DNA of 32,000 nucleotides. Origin: Acaryochloris marina S15. GTDB taxonomy: Bacteria; Cyanobacteriota; Cyanobacteriia; Thermosynechococcales; Thermosynechococcaceae. The notes beneath the pieces were generated by a model. The model searched no databases, was not told the DNA's origin, and saw only the letters and a list, made by a program, of their open reading frames with translations. Each line of letters starts with the position of its first letter. The stretch's first letter is position 1. The position numbers and the translations under genes were made by a program. The stretch lies in the NCBI RefSeq assembly GCF_018336915.1, contig NZ_CP064926.1:210001-242000 (forward strand), written 5' to 3'. Of the stretch, positions 9,800 through 20,466 are shown piece by piece.

Positions 9800-10918
9800 T
9801 CAATCTTGCTCTTGGATGGCCAAGGTAAAGTAAACGTCGGTGCCAATACCTAACTTCGATTCAATCCAAATCTTTCCTTGATGACGTTCAACGACTTTTT
9901 TACAGGTTGCAAGACCGATTCCTGTACCAGGATAGTTCTGGGGCATGAGTTGTTGAAAAGCTTGAAAAATATGGTCAAATTGCGATGACTCGATGCCAAT
10001 ACCGTTGTCATGCACTCCAAAACACCATTCTTGATCCTGACGTTCTACCGAAATCTTCAATTGACTCAACTCGTCCGGACGGTGAAATTTGATGGCATTA
10101 CTAATCAAGTTCTGAAATAGTTGGGCCAATTGCACTTTATCGGCAAGAACCGTCGGCAGGTGATCGGCAGTGATGGTGGCTCTTTGCTTCGAAATCTCAA
10201 CCTCTAAATCTGCCAGTACCTGATTTAAGACCATATTGCAGTCTGTTGATTCCAAGGTCATTGCCTTGCTGCCTACTTGACTGTAGGTCAGTAAATCCTC
10301 AATCAGTTCGTCCATGTGGGATGCTACGTCGACAATCCGACTCACTAACTTCATCCCTTCTTCACCAAGAGTTTGTTGGCATTTGAATCCCAACAGTTTT
10401 GCAAAGCCCAAAACACCCTGCAATGGCTGCCTTAAATCATGGGAGACGATGGATGTGAACTGTTCTAATGCTTGGTTAGAGCGCAATAATTCTTCATTTT
10501 GAGCAATTAACTTTTTGCGGAGACGAGTAATGGTCAGTTGATTTGCCACCCGTACTAAAACTTCCTCAGTTTGGAAGGGTTTCGTAATATAATCAACCCC
10601 TCCGACAGTAAAAGCTTTGATCTTGTCGGACGTATCGTCTAGGGCACTGAGGAAGATCACGGGGATATCGTAGGTTTTTACGTCAGTCTTCAACTGTTGA
10701 CAGACCTCATAACCATCCATTTCTGGCATTTTGATATCCAGCAATACAAGATCTGGCGGATCTGTCTGGGCGACTGACAGCGCCATCGTTCCATTCGTGA
10801 CTGCCCGAACTTCATACCCCTGATTCGTTAATGTATTGGATAACAAGCGAAGATTTTCTGGGGTATCATCTACAATCAAAATATCGCCTTTATACTCATC
10901 TTCAAGTGGGTTACTCAT
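9800..10918 (-). CDS. Hybrid response-regulator/histidine kinase (REC-HisKA-HATPase_c)
   Basis: N-terminal receiver domain (DLVLLDIKMPEMDGYEV, K at ITKPF), H-box SIVSHDLRQPL, N-box LISNAIKF, and G-boxes HDNGIGI and GTGIGLA. Confidence 0.9.
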   Translation of the reverse strand: MSNPLEDEYKGDILIVDDTPENLRLLSNTLTNQGYEVRAVTNGTMALSVAQTDPPDLVLLDIKMPEMDGYEVCQQLKTDVKTYDIPVIFLSALDDTSDKIKAFTVGGVDYITKPFQTEEVLVRVANQLTITRLRKKLIAQNEELLRSNQALEQFTSIVSHDLRQPLQGVLGFAKLLGFKCQQTLGEEGMKLVSRIVDVASHMDELIEDLLTYSQVGSKAMTLESTDCNMVLNQVLADLEVEISKQRATITADHLPTVLADKVQLAQLFQNLISNAIKFHRPDELSQLKISVERQDQEWCFGVHDNGIGIESSQFDHIFQAFQQLMPQNYPGTGIGLATCKKVVERHQGKIWIESKLGIGTDVYFTLAIQEQD

Positions 10919-10964
10919 AACAACGTTTACTCAGGTTTAAGTTTCAGAACGAACTAGGCTGGAG

Positions 10965-13169
10965 TCAGGGTTGGGTCAGAGTTAGAATTTTTTCGTAATT
11001 AAAATTACTGACCAAATCAGTGAGTCCTTCGGCGAGAATGCTATGTTCTTCTGGAATCTCTTGAATGAGGGTTTCAATTCGTGTGCTGCGCGCACTCATT
11101 GCCGCTTGATGTAGTTCAGCAAGCCATTCTGTCGGCATCACGGATAGTTGGGATGCGGTCACCTCCATTGCGGGTTGCGGTGAAAGGGGTTGAGGCTTTT
11201 CAAAGATATAGCGAACCCCCAGATACTCGGTCATCTTCTCGAAGATGGTGTCTTCAAGAAAAGGTTTTCGAACAAAATCATCACATCCGGTGGCGAGGAT
11301 TTGGGCTCTCTCTTCGTCAAGGGCACTGGCGGTGAGCGCAATGATTACAGTTGCTTGCCCTTTAATATGGGCTTTAATATATTGCGTTGCCTCATAACCG
11401 TCCATCACTGGCATTCGCATGTCCATCCAGATCAGATGAGGTCGCCAACGGTCACATTCTTCTATGGCCACTTTGCCATTTTCGGCTTCTCGGACTTCAA
11501 ATCCCAAGGGTTGCAAAAGATTGACCATCAGCTTGCGATTTTCCATCCGATCTTCAACAATCAAGATCCGATAAGCTGGCTGGTCTGGAGCAAGTCCGAT
11601 AACGCGTTGAGCCATCGGCTGAGGTTTATGATCTACCTCATTGCCCAAAGTCACTTGCAGATAAAACTGAAATGTCGTTCCCTGCCCAACAACACTCTTA
11701 ACGGTAAGGTCTCCTCCCATTAACTTTACAAAGCGGTGGCTAATGGGTAAGCCGAGTCCAGTCCCTTGCTGAGACTTTCGACCCGTTTCTGTTTGGGTGA
11801 AGGCGGCAAACAACTGTTTGATTTCACTGGGATCAATTCCAGGACCTGTGTCTTCGATTTCAAAAAATAAACATAATTGAGGAGCTTCGCTTGCCGCTTG
11901 AGCCTGAATCGGCCCAGCGTGAACCCTCAAATTAATGTGGCCTGATTCTGTGAATTTGATGGCGTTACCCAGCAAATTAATCAAGACTTGACGGAGTTTT
12001 CCTTCATCTGCGCGAATAAATTGGGGAGTATCAGGCGCGCGATCGCAAGTGAGCTGCAATCCCTTCGTTTTTGCTCGTAAATCGAGCATTTGTATCAACG
12101 TCTCTAGAAGATTATAGAGATCGAAGTTTGTTTTATGAAGGGTGACTCGACCGGCTTCGATTTTGGACATTTCGAGAATGTCATTAATCAATTCCAGTAA
12201 GTGCTCACCACTGCGGTTAATGATGTCGAGATGCTCTTTTTGAGCAGATGTGAGTGCAGGATCTCGATGCATCAATTGGGAAAACCCCAGAATCGCATTG
12301 AGAGGAGTCCGAAGTTCATGGCTCATGTTAGCCAAGAAACCGCTCTTAGCCTGATTGGCCACTTCAGCAGCTTCTTTGGCCTGCTGAAGCTCAGTTTCTG
12401 CTCTTTTGCGATCGCTACTATCCCGTAAAATTGCAGTGAAGACTTTTTCGTCTCCTAACTGTAACTGCGAAATCGAAGCTTCCGCCGGAAATTCTGTACC
12501 GTCCTTGCGTCGACCAAAAACCTCGCTGCGATCCCCCATCATTCTGGCGGTAGATCGAGAGGCACCAAATTTTTGAATATGCTTGTGATGAATAGATATT
12601 GCCCGTTTGGGTAACAGGAGATCCAGCGATTGACCTAGAACTTCATCAGCCTGATAACCAAAGACTTTCTCAGCGCCTTTATTAAACTGGTTGATCCGTT
12701 GGCTTGCATCCACGGAGATAATGGGGTCGTTGGCAATATCGAGAATCCCTAATAACATGGCTTCCGAACCGTCCCCTACAGCCTGGTTCAATGGCTCACT
12801 GAAGTGATTGTCTTGACGGACCCCAATTAATAAGGCTGCTGCAATCGTTCCCAAAAGGTTCAGGCTGAGTGCTCCCTGGAGGGTAATAGCATCGGAGATA
12901 ACTAGGATTTTATAGAGGGTGTAGGCAGACAGGACGCCGGAACTGAATATGCCTCCCCAAAGTCCAAGCCAATGGGCAGACAGGACTGCGCCGAGCATCA
13001 GTAAAGGATATAGGGTGGATGGCTCTGCACCGAAGGGGGGTAACAACTCCAACCCAAAAGCAAGAAATAGTATAGCAACGCCACCTGACCAGAAGGGGAA
13101 TAGGCGTTGACGTTGGATAGAGTTATCGAACGTGTCGGCTTGATGCTGACATGAGCCTGGGGAAGTCAT
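10965..13169 (-). CDS. Membrane hybrid sensor histidine kinase (TM region-PAS-HisKA-HATPase_c-REC-unassigned C-terminal domain)
   Basis: About 4 N-terminal TM helices, then a PAS-like segment (NDPIISVDASQRINQFNKGAEKVFGY). H-box MSHELRTPLN, N-box LLGNAIKFT, and G-boxes DTGPGI and GTGLGL. The receiver carries LIWMDMRMPVMDGYE. An 85-aa tail follows. Confidence 0.9.
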   Translation of the reverse strand: MTSPGSCQHQADTFDNSIQRQRLFPFWSGGVAILFLAFGLELLPPFGAEPSTLYPLLMLGAVLSAHWLGLWGGIFSSGVLSAYTLYKILVISDAITLQGALSLNLLGTIAAALLIGVRQDNHFSEPLNQAVGDGSEAMLLGILDIANDPIISVDASQRINQFNKGAEKVFGYQADEVLGQSLDLLLPKRAISIHHKHIQKFGASRSTARMMGDRSEVFGRRKDGTEFPAEASISQLQLGDEKVFTAILRDSSDRKRAETELQQAKEAAEVANQAKSGFLANMSHELRTPLNAILGFSQLMHRDPALTSAQKEHLDIINRSGEHLLELINDILEMSKIEAGRVTLHKTNFDLYNLLETLIQMLDLRAKTKGLQLTCDRAPDTPQFIRADEGKLRQVLINLLGNAIKFTESGHINLRVHAGPIQAQAASEAPQLCLFFEIEDTGPGIDPSEIKQLFAAFTQTETGRKSQQGTGLGLPISHRFVKLMGGDLTVKSVVGQGTTFQFYLQVTLGNEVDHKPQPMAQRVIGLAPDQPAYRILIVEDRMENRKLMVNLLQPLGFEVREAENGKVAIEECDRWRPHLIWMDMRMPVMDGYEATQYIKAHIKGQATVIIALTASALDEERAQILATGCDDFVRKPFLEDTIFEKMTEYLGVRYIFEKPQPLSPQPAMEVTASQLSVMPTEWLAELHQAAMSARSTRIETLIQEIPEEHSILAEGLTDLVSNFNYEKILTLTQP
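12039..12046. repeat. HIP1 palindrome GCGATCGC
   Basis: Exact octamer read in the sequence. Confidence 0.95.
12408..12415. repeat. HIP1 palindrome GCGATCGC
   Basis: Exact octamer read in the sequence. Confidence 0.95.
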
Positions 13170-13387
13170 AACTCTAATGCAGGATCAATAGAGAGAACAT
13201 GAACCATCCACAGTGGCCTTAATCCAGTCATGGGACCTTTTGACGGTGAGTCCCCCATCTAACTTGCCTGACTTCGATAGACAAAAACCACTTGTGTTTA
13301 ATCATAGGACCAATACTAAAAACGAATGGCTTCCGAGAGAGGAATATTCGATTGTTTTAATACTCTGTGTTAACTCGGCTCAATCAC

Positions 13388-14500
13388 CTAGCAAATTCGA
13401 GGGAGTTGCTCCCCACTTAAGAAATTAACGATTCTCTCCACACCAATTCGGTTGGTTAGGGTCACCCGAGGGAATGCGGCTGTTGTGACTTGACCAATCA
13501 CCCGTGCTGGATACCGATGTTTCATTTGAGGATTGGTATTGCTCTGCCCAGATAAGGGGAAGGATAGTGGGGCATTCAGTCTGGCAAGGGCTAAATCTAC
13601 AGATTGTGGTGGCACGAAGGCGATGAAACGACCTTCATTTGCCACATACAAGGGATCAAAGCCTAGAATTTCACAGGCACCCTGGACGTCTTCTCGGATG
13701 GGAATACAGGTTTCATCCAGTGTGATGGCCAAAGACCGACCGGAGGTCATCGTAACCCAAGCCGCCAAAGCGATCTCATTTAAGGCACTCGCTAATCCCC
13801 CTCGGGTTAAATCCCGCATACAGTGCAGCTCAACACCATGGGCGATTAGATCCAACACCACATGATTCAGGGGAGCTGAATCGCTCTTGATTTCACTCTC
13901 AAATTCCAATCCTTCTCGTTCCGCCAAAACAGCCATACCATGACGGCCTAAGTCACCATTCAGGATGACAAGATCACCTGGCTGGATCGATTGAGGATGG
14001 ATAGTCTGGAGGTGTTCAATTACCCCCACCCCTGCCGTATTAATGAACACACCGTCCCCTTTGCCTCGTTCCACTACTTTTGTATCGCCCGTGACGATCT
14101 GGACATCAGCTTGGTGGGCGGCCTGTTGCATGGATTGCACCACTTGCCAAAGGGTCGTCATGGGCAGTCCCTCTTCCAGAATAAAGCTGGTGCTGAGGTA
14201 AAGGGGACGAGCCCCTGCCATTGCCAGATCATTCACGGTGCCGTAGACCGCTAGCGAACCAATATCCCCTCCTGGGAAAAATAGGGGATGGACCACATAG
14301 GAGTCGGTCGTCAACGCAAGTCGCCCCGGTGGAAAATCGAGGGCCGCAGCATCATGGTGGTGACGATATTCCGATTGGAACAGACACCCAAACATCTGCT
14401 CAATCAGCTGATGCATCAGCTTCCCCCCTCCACCATGAGCTAACAAAACTTGGGGATATTGCTCAATGGGAATCGGGCAAGAGATCGAATCGATTGGCAT
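13388..14500 (-). CDS. hypE: [NiFe]-hydrogenase maturation protein HypE (AIR-synthase-like)
   Basis: PurM/AIR-synthase-like fold with [15 protein letters not shown] near the N-terminus. It has the diagnostic HypE C-terminal PRIC motif (ends ...GEQLPRIC). The start is taken at M24 of the track ORF. Confidence 0.85.
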   Translation of the reverse strand: MPIDSISCPIPIEQYPQVLLAHGGGGKLMHQLIEQMFGCLFQSEYRHHHDAAALDFPPGRLALTTDSYVVHPLFFPGGDIGSLAVYGTVNDLAMAGARPLYLSTSFILEEGLPMTTLWQVVQSMQQAAHQADVQIVTGDTKVVERGKGDGVFINTAGVGVIEHLQTIHPQSIQPGDLVILNGDLGRHGMAVLAEREGLEFESEIKSDSAPLNHVVLDLIAHGVELHCMRDLTRGGLASALNEIALAAWVTMTSGRSLAITLDETCIPIREDVQGACEILGFDPLYVANEGRFIAFVPPQSVDLALARLNAPLSFPLSGQSNTNPQMKHRYPARVIGQVTTAAFPRVTLTNRIGVERIVNFLSGEQLPRIC

Positions 14501-14532
14501 GGGCGATTTCCAGTAGTTGTAACAAGAACAGG

Positions 14533-14973
14533 CTAGGCGGGCATCATCGCATCGCCTTGTCCCAGCCAAAAGAGGAGTGCTAGGGCCTTTTGGATTTGGG
14601 TCTTGAGCTTATCCTGGCCAAACACGTTGAGTCTCAACTCCTCTTCAATCAGTATTTGAGAGAGTTGGCAGATGGATGCCTGCCACATGAGAAGGGCCAA
14701 GGCATCCCGGAGTCCAGCAACCGAATGATCGGTGGGGGAAAGTTTCAAACCCCATCGAAGTAAAAATTGTACCGTAGGGCTTTTCTTACGCATACCAGCC
14801 GATAAAGCCGCAGCATCAGGAATGCTAACCGGGCTCAGAATTGGCGGTAATCCCAATGAAAAGGTCAGCGTCTCAGATGGGTGCTGGGGTATCGGTTGCG
14901 CCAGGGCACCCTGCCAAGGATCCGTGACTGGCTGAAATGGTTCTGGGTATTGATTGAGCTTAATATTTACCAT
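14533..14973 (-). CDS. Hypothetical protein (146 aa), Pro-rich N-terminal half and helical C-terminal half
   Basis: Long ORF co-oriented with its neighbours. The start is chosen at MVNIKLNQ because GGGAGGAAAC lies 6 nt upstream. No recognisable motif. Confidence 0.5.
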   Translation of the reverse strand: MVNIKLNQYPEPFQPVTDPWQGALAQPIPQHPSETLTFSLGLPPILSPVSIPDAAALSAGMRKKSPTVQFLLRWGLKLSPTDHSVAGLRDALALLMWQASICQLSQILIEEELRLNVFGQDKLKTQIQKALALLFWLGQGDAMMPA

Positions 14974-14998
14974 CACACTGTTTCCTCCCTCATGTTTC

Positions 14999-15433
14999 CT
15001 ACCGCAGACTTTTGGGATAAGTGCCTGACCGTAGGATAAACTGCTGTTGAAAGGCTTCAATCTCTTCTCGACTCGGTTGACCATGGGTAACGACGGCAAT
15101 GCGATAACGCTGCATCACGGCTGCTGGTGTTTGCCCATCCATCAGACTTTTCAACGCAGCCATCATCGCTGGGGAAGGCATACAAGTATATCCAAACTCA
15201 TCCATGACGGCCCGAAGGTTCATTGCTGTTTTGGGATCGAGCCGTTCTTTGAACTTGATCCGCATCAACCATCCACCGGACAAATAAATAACGGTTACAA
15301 CGTCTAACGACAACCCTCTGCATTGCTGCAGATACTCGATCACCTGGATCGTCAGACTGGCATTATCAAAGAAGTAGAGATATTCCATGACTTCATTGAT
15401 TCCTAGACAAGGCAGCGCTTCAGGGTTGAACAT
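14999..15433 (-). CDS. Hypothetical protein (144 aa)
   Basis: ORF co-oriented with its neighbours. The start is taken at the first ATG after the HlyD stop (MFNPEALPCLG). No SD and no recognisable motif. Confidence 0.45.
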   Translation of the reverse strand: MFNPEALPCLGINEVMEYLYFFDNASLTIQVIEYLQQCRGLSLDVVTVIYLSGGWLMRIKFKERLDPKTAMNLRAVMDEFGYTCMPSPAMMAALKSLMDGQTPAAVMQRYRIAVVTHGQPSREEIEAFQQQFILRSGTYPKSLR

Positions 15434-15494
15434 AACGCTGAAAAACTCTATTTCAAAGGTATAAAATTCCCTTGAAGAAGTCGTGAGGGAAACG

Positions 15495-16985
15495 CTAGCT
15501 TCTACTATGAATGCGTTGGTTCGCCTCGATCTGCTCCGTGGGATGAAGGATGACTTGTTCCCCAACTTTTAGTCCTTTCTTCACTGCAGCTTCAAGCTGA
15601 CTACGTTGGCTGATCACCACTTGACGTCGCTGGGCCTTTCCCTGTTCCGCCACAAAGGTACACCATTTCTGATTCTCACATCTAAATAATGCACTTAGGG
15701 GCACCTTGAGAGTATCCTTATCCTCCCAGACAACAATACGAGCTTCGACCCGATAGCCATCCCCCAGGGATAGAGGAGGGGAAATAAAATCAGCAATAAC
15801 GTTGACGCGTTGTTCCTCTACTCCCAAAGCAGACACTTCTGTAAAGGCTGAGGGCTCAACATAGCGCACTCGGGCTTGGAGGGGGTGGGGGCCACCCCAA
15901 TGGTCAATTTGAATAGTAGCACCGGGTTTGACTTTAACGGCATCCGTGGAGAGGACATCAATTACCAGTTCCAATTGTTTGGCATCTCCCAACTCTAGGA
16001 GAGGTTCACCGGCTGAAATAAAGCGCGCACTTTCTTGCATCACGCGAAAGACATTGCCTCCAACGGGGGCTCGAACAACGGTTCGACGTGCTTCATCCGC
16101 AAGGTTAACCAAGGTGGATTCTGTACTGGAAATTTGGGCTCGATAGACATCTAATAAATAATCGGGATCTTGCTGTTCGGCCTTTAAGACAGAAAACGCT
16201 TTTTGAGCGGCAGCAACAGTTGAGATCGCACCTTGGACTTGTTTGTTAGCCACTTCCAATTCTTGCTGCCGTTGGGTTGCCGCTAACTCAGCATCCTCAC
16301 GGACCTTTCGAGTTTGGGCCCCAGCTACTTCCAAGTCCTGGGCACGTTTGCGATCTCGAATGGCTTGAGCTAAGGTCGCTTTGGCATCCGCTAGCCGAGC
16401 CTCTGCTTGTTGTTGGGTAGCGATCGCAGCTCGAACCTGAGCTTGGGCTTGAGCTAAGGCTGCGGATTTAGGGCGTTGGGTCTCTACCCCTGCCAGTTGC
16501 GCCCGCAGTTCTCGCAAGTGCGCTTGGGTTTCTTCGACCTTGGTCGTCAGCGGAAGGGGATCTATCCGAGCCACGATGGCTCCGGGCTGAACTGGATCGC
16601 CTGGATCCAGGCCAATGCGAGCCAGACGTCCCGCCACAGGTGCTGCAATCGTAAAGCGATTTTGCACCCTCGTTTTGCCCTCAGCATCAACGGTGACTTG
16701 GAGCTGACCGCGTTGAACTTGGCCTAAATCCACTGCAATTGGCGTGGGTCGAAAGGCAAGGGCCACGAGGGTCGCAACGCCCAATCCCAACAGCCAATAG
16801 GGAAGGCGACGGGGGAGATGCTTCCAGGAAGGCAGGCGCGTTTTGGGATTTGGGGTTTGGGATTTAAGTTTGGTTGAAGGGGGAGAATGCCCATCATCTG
16901 ACGGGTAAGGGGGGGAGGGCACCGTGGGCTTTTGTTGCGGCTTGCGCAACCACGGGATTAAGGGGCGATGTTGTTTGTGTTGCAT
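15495..16985 (-). CDS. HlyD/MacA/DevB-family periplasmic adaptor (membrane fusion protein)
   Basis: One TM helix (YWLLGLGVATLVALAF), a lipoyl/barrel segment, a long Ala/Gln-rich coiled coil and a C-terminal beta-barrel. About 70 aa of Pro/Lys-rich cytoplasmic extension precede the TM helix. The start ATG at 16985 sits behind GGAGGA. Confidence 0.85.
   Translation of the reverse strand: MQHKQHRPLIPWLRKPQQKPTVPSPPYPSDDGHSPPSTKLKSQTPNPKTRLPSWKHLPRRLPYWLLGLGVATLVALAFRPTPIAVDLGQVQRGQLQVTVDAEGKTRVQNRFTIAAPVAGRLARIGLDPGDPVQPGAIVARIDPLPLTTKVEETQAHLRELRAQLAGVETQRPKSAALAQAQAQVRAAIATQQQAEARLADAKATLAQAIRDRKRAQDLEVAGAQTRKVREDAELAATQRQQELEVANKQVQGAISTVAAAQKAFSVLKAEQQDPDYLLDVYRAQISSTESTLVNLADEARRTVVRAPVGGNVFRVMQESARFISAGEPLLELGDAKQLELVIDVLSTDAVKVKPGATIQIDHWGGPHPLQARVRYVEPSAFTEVSALGVEEQRVNVIADFISPPLSLGDGYRVEARIVVWEDKDTLKVPLSALFRCENQKWCTFVAEQGKAQRRQVVISQRSQLEAAVKKGLKVGEQVILHPTEQIEANQRIHSRS
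16420..16427. repeat. HIP1 palindrome GCGATCGC
   Basis: Exact octamer read in the sequence. Confidence 0.95.
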
Positions 16986-16998
16986 CGGATCTTCCTCC

Positions 16999-19362
16999 TT
17001 ATTCGCGGGTTTTGAGCACAGCAATTAAGTCCAGATGATTGAGCTGACGACGAATCAATCCGCCAGAACCCAGAGCTGCTAGAAAAATAATGACAAAGGC
17101 AAAGGCGTAGCTAGCGGGCGTGACAATTAAGGGGAACCGAAATAATTCCCAGTCATAGGCCCGAGTAATCAGAGCCGCTAAGCCAAATCCCAAGGCAAAG
17201 CCGAAGGGAATCGCCACAACGGTGACAATGGCTTGCTCACCGAGCAAGATGACGGCAATTTCTCCTTGGGTAAACCCAATGATACGTAAGGTTGCAAGTT
17301 CGCGGTCGCGCTCCGACAGTGCAATCCGGGCAACGTTATAGACCACCCCAAAGGCAATCACACTTGAAAAAATAACTAACACAGTCGTAAATATTGCAAA
17401 ACTGCCACCAATGGTCTTTTCAAACTCAGTAATCACCCGTTCCCGCAAGGCTACGCTAGCCACAGCAGGGGTTTGTTTAAGTTGGGTATAGAGCTGCTCC
17501 GAGTGGTGGGCATCCACGGTTAGGTAAGCCCCTGATAGTGTTGGCCCTTCTCGCATTAACTGATTGAGGGCATAAATATCCATATAAGCCCCCAAACCAA
17601 TCAATTCATCGACGAACCCCACTACTGGCACTGTCCGGGTGGGACGTTCTCCCTCTAATACTTCCACCGTCAGCGGGTCACCGAGCGTGACGCCTAGGAT
17701 CTCAGCCAACTTTGTGGTTAAGACCACACCCTGGTCAGGGAGAGGGACAGGGTAGAAGTCTTGGTCTAATAGACGACGTAATTCCCCTTGAGGCTCCAAT
17801 CCTGTCAACCCACTCAGGTGGGTTTGATGCTGAAATCGTAAGCGAGCAGGCACGGCTCGGAAGGGCTCAGCTTGCATGACTCCCGGTAAATGGGTTAATT
17901 CATAACGGGCCCGACCGGACAGCGGTTCATTAAATACGAGGGTGACATCTTCTCGCTGCACCTGCCGAAACTGGGCTTCGACCATGTAGGTGGTGGCATC
18001 CTCGAAATAGCGACCAATGACGAGGATGGCCACTGCAGCAGCAATTCCCAGAATGGAAAGACTCGCTTGTAGCGATCGTCGTTCTAGATTCCGCAGAATA
18101 ATCTGCCCCACAGGCGGGATAAACTGTTGCATGCCTAACCGCTCTAGAATCGTCCGTCGAAAAGAGGCTGGAGGCTCGGGCCGCATGGCCTCTGCAGGTG
18201 GTAAAGAGACTGCCTGTTTCACTGCCGTGAAAGTCCCCAGTACAGCCGCCCCTCCACTCACGACAATGGCAGTAATCATGATCTGAAGGCTGGCGTGATA
18301 CCGCAGCACCGGAAAGTGATAGAAGCGGGCATAGTTCTCAGTAATAACGGCCCCCAAACCCATGCCAACAATGGTCCCTAACCCAGCTCCAAGCAGCGTA
18401 ATCACCAAGACGAGCTTTAAGTAATGCCAACCCACAGCAAGATTGTCGTAACCAAAGGCTTTCAAAACGGCAATTTGATCTCGCTGGGTACTCACTAGTC
18501 GAGCGAGCACAAGATTCAGCAAAAACGCTGCAATCCCCAGAAAGACGAAGGGCACCATCACCGCTGTGGCGGCCAAGCTCTCGATTTCGCTGTTGATAAA
18601 CTGATGGGATATCTGATCAGCCCGTTCGTATGCCCCCAGTCCTCCATAGGGTTTCAATACCTGATCAAGCCGAAAAATGACACTGGCTGGATTAGCGTCT
18701 GGCATCAAAGACAGGGCGACATCATTAAACGCTCCATCCAGATCAAAGGCTGTTGCCAACGCTTCACGCCCCATCCAGATCACCCCAAAGCGCTGATTGT
18801 CTGGGAACAGCTCCACTCCCCTAATTTCATAAACATATTCTGGCGACAGGGCAATTCCGACAATCCGTAATTGCTGCCACCGTTCGTTGATCACGGCGCC
18901 CAGGGTATCCCCCAGCTCCAAATGATTTGCTTGCGCAAACACCTCACTGACTAAAACCTGATCTCGTCGTCCAGGCTCAATATATTGGCCTTGACGAATG
19001 AACAGATCGTTTAACATCGGGGTCCGCTGCTCAGGAATGGCAATCAACCGACCGGTTGCTGGTTCCGGCAGGGAGGGCACATCTAAATTCACATCCACGA
19101 CCACCCGTGTCTGCACTTGTTGCACACCTGGTAGTTCAGCAATCCGCTCTATCAGGGAATCCGGTGCCCGCTTCAGCTGTGCAAACACATCCGCAAATTG
19201 ATAGCGATCATAGTAGGTCTGCTGTGAAAGCTGCAGGGAATCGTAGGCACTCAGCATGGTCACCAAACAAGCAATCCCACAGGCGACGATCAAGGCGATC
19301 GCAATTACCTGTCCACGGAGATGACGGAGATCTCGAAGGAGTTTTTGGTCAAGGGCTACCAC
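16999..19362 (-). CDS. ABC transporter permease with duplicated FtsX/MacB-type domains
   Basis: 787 aa built from two repeats, each a TM helix, a large periplasmic domain and a 3-TM FtsX bundle. The GTG start overlaps the ATPase stop (GTGGTAG). Confidence 0.85.
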   Translation of the reverse strand: MVALDQKLLRDLRHLRGQVIAIALIVACGIACLVTMLSAYDSLQLSQQTYYDRYQFADVFAQLKRAPDSLIERIAELPGVQQVQTRVVVDVNLDVPSLPEPATGRLIAIPEQRTPMLNDLFIRQGQYIEPGRRDQVLVSEVFAQANHLELGDTLGAVINERWQQLRIVGIALSPEYVYEIRGVELFPDNQRFGVIWMGREALATAFDLDGAFNDVALSLMPDANPASVIFRLDQVLKPYGGLGAYERADQISHQFINSEIESLAATAVMVPFVFLGIAAFLLNLVLARLVSTQRDQIAVLKAFGYDNLAVGWHYLKLVLVITLLGAGLGTIVGMGLGAVITENYARFYHFPVLRYHASLQIMITAIVVSGGAAVLGTFTAVKQAVSLPPAEAMRPEPPASFRRTILERLGMQQFIPPVGQIILRNLERRSLQASLSILGIAAAVAILVIGRYFEDATTYMVEAQFRQVQREDVTLVFNEPLSGRARYELTHLPGVMQAEPFRAVPARLRFQHQTHLSGLTGLEPQGELRRLLDQDFYPVPLPDQGVVLTTKLAEILGVTLGDPLTVEVLEGERPTRTVPVVGFVDELIGLGAYMDIYALNQLMREGPTLSGAYLTVDAHHSEQLYTQLKQTPAVASVALRERVITEFEKTIGGSFAIFTTVLVIFSSVIAFGVVYNVARIALSERDRELATLRIIGFTQGEIAVILLGEQAIVTVVAIPFGFALGFGLAALITRAYDWELFRFPLIVTPASYAFAFVIIFLAALGSGGLIRRQLNHLDLIAVLKTRE
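19295..19302. repeat. HIP1 palindrome GCGATCGC
   Basis: Exact octamer read in the sequence. Confidence 0.95.
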
Positions 19363-20117
19363 TCCAACTCTCCCGGTTTCAATTTGTGTTCATTCTCTCG
19401 AACAGCCACTATCTCGCCACTCCGCATGGTAATCACCCGATCGGCCATGGCGGCAATCCCAGCATTGTGGGTAATGACAGCTGTCGTTGTCCCTAACTCT
19501 CGATTGACTTGGGCGAGGGCTTCCAGGACAAGCTTACCGGTTTGGTAATCTAAGGCTCCCGTGGGTTCATCGCAGAGAAGCACTTGGGGGCGTTTGGCAA
19601 TCGCTCGTGCGATCGCAACCCGCTGCTGTTCTCCACCGGATAGTTGAGCCGGAAAGTGATTGATCCGATCACCGAGATGAACCCGTTCTAGCGCTTCGCG
19701 GGGATGCATGGGCTGGGGAGCTATCTCGGTAACGAGAGCGACATTCTCCCGAGCAGTAAGACTAGGAATCAGGTTATAGAACTGAAAAACAAAACCCACA
19801 CTCTGGCGACGAAAGCGAGTGAGAGTGCGATCACTAGCGGCGGTTAGATCTTGCCCCTGAAATATCACCTGTCCACTGGAAGGAACATCTAATCCCCCGA
19901 GAATATTGAGCAGAGTGGATTTTCCGCTGCCAGAAGGACCGAGTAAAACGATAAATTCACCGGTAAAAAGCTCCAAATCCACCGATCTGAGAGCCTCAAC
20001 CGTCACCTCTCCCATCACATAGGTTTTGGTCACACCCCTCACCTGAAAAAGACTCGGACTGGCGAGAGTTATCCTGGAATTGCCTTTGTTGTTAGAGATT
20101 TGTGAAGGCTGAGACAT
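19356..20117 (-). CDS. ABC transporter ATP-binding protein (MacB/LolD/DevA family)
   Basis: Walker [11 protein letters not shown]-loop, signature [14 protein letters not shown], Walker [12 protein letters not shown], and H-loop ITHN. Confidence 0.93.
   Translation of the reverse strand: MSQPSQISNNKGNSRITLASPSLFQVRGVTKTYVMGEVTVEALRSVDLELFTGEFIVLLGPSGSGKSTLLNILGGLDVPSSGQVIFQGQDLTAASDRTLTRFRRQSVGFVFQFYNLIPSLTARENVALVTEIAPQPMHPREALERVHLGDRINHFPAQLSGGEQQRVAIARAIAKRPQVLLCDEPTGALDYQTGKLVLEALAQVNRELGTTTAVITHNAGIAAMADRVITMRSGEIVAVRENEHKLKPGELEW
19609..19616. repeat. HIP1 palindrome GCGATCGC
   Basis: Exact octamer read in the sequence. Confidence 0.95.
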
Positions 20118-20256
20118 GGGCTAAAACCATCGTCACGACAAGACTTATTTCCGTAATCTCCCCGGTTCGGCACGTAAAAACTCTTTGGCACATTAGTTTG
20201 AACTTAGTTTCCAAGCTTGAGAAACTTGTGAAGTAGCAAGGACGCTCACAACTTTC

Positions 20257-20466
20257 TCAATGAATACCCAGTTCAATCACTGTGCCCACAATTTGATGTC
20301 CCAAAATAAGTGGTAGTTTTGGGTCTGGCAGCTCGCCATCAACAATATGTAAATCGGTTCGACAAACCTCACAAACATGAACCTGCAATAGAAGTTGGTG
20401 AGAATTGGGGTTGGGAATGGGGCGTTCTATACACTGGAGAAGTTGACCAGGGGCATCTAGTTGCAT
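20257..20466 (-). pseudogene. Zn-dependent alcohol dehydrogenase (MDR family), N-terminal remnant only
   Basis: The sequence MQLDAPGQLL...VHVCEVCRTDLHIVDGELP...PLILGHQIVGTVIELG matches the GroES-like ADH N-domain. It stops after about 70 codons with no continuation in any frame. Its first codons and RBS lie on the far side of the IS4 element (21960-21985). Confidence 0.8.

Noticed and set aside
11190-11723. 177-aa plus-strand ORF, plus similar ORFs at 11081-11335, 12201-12428 and 10314-10502
   Set aside because: All lie antisense within the well-supported histidine kinase genes. No motifs were found. They are treated as shadow ORFs.
13170-13428. 71-aa plus-strand ORF and several minus-strand mini-ORFs in the gap between hypE and the kinase. 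One of them ends in an ATGA overlap with the kinase start.
   Set aside because: No RBS, no motif, and the ORFs are short and low-complexity. The ATGA overlap could be chance, so there is not enough support to call an upstream ORF.
19056-19496. 146-aa plus-strand ORF and neighbouring ORFs (18017-18286, 18604-18870, 18998-19201, 19321-19548)
   Set aside because: They are antisense to the permease and ATPase genes. They are Arg/Ser/Pro-rich with low-complexity translations and have no start context.
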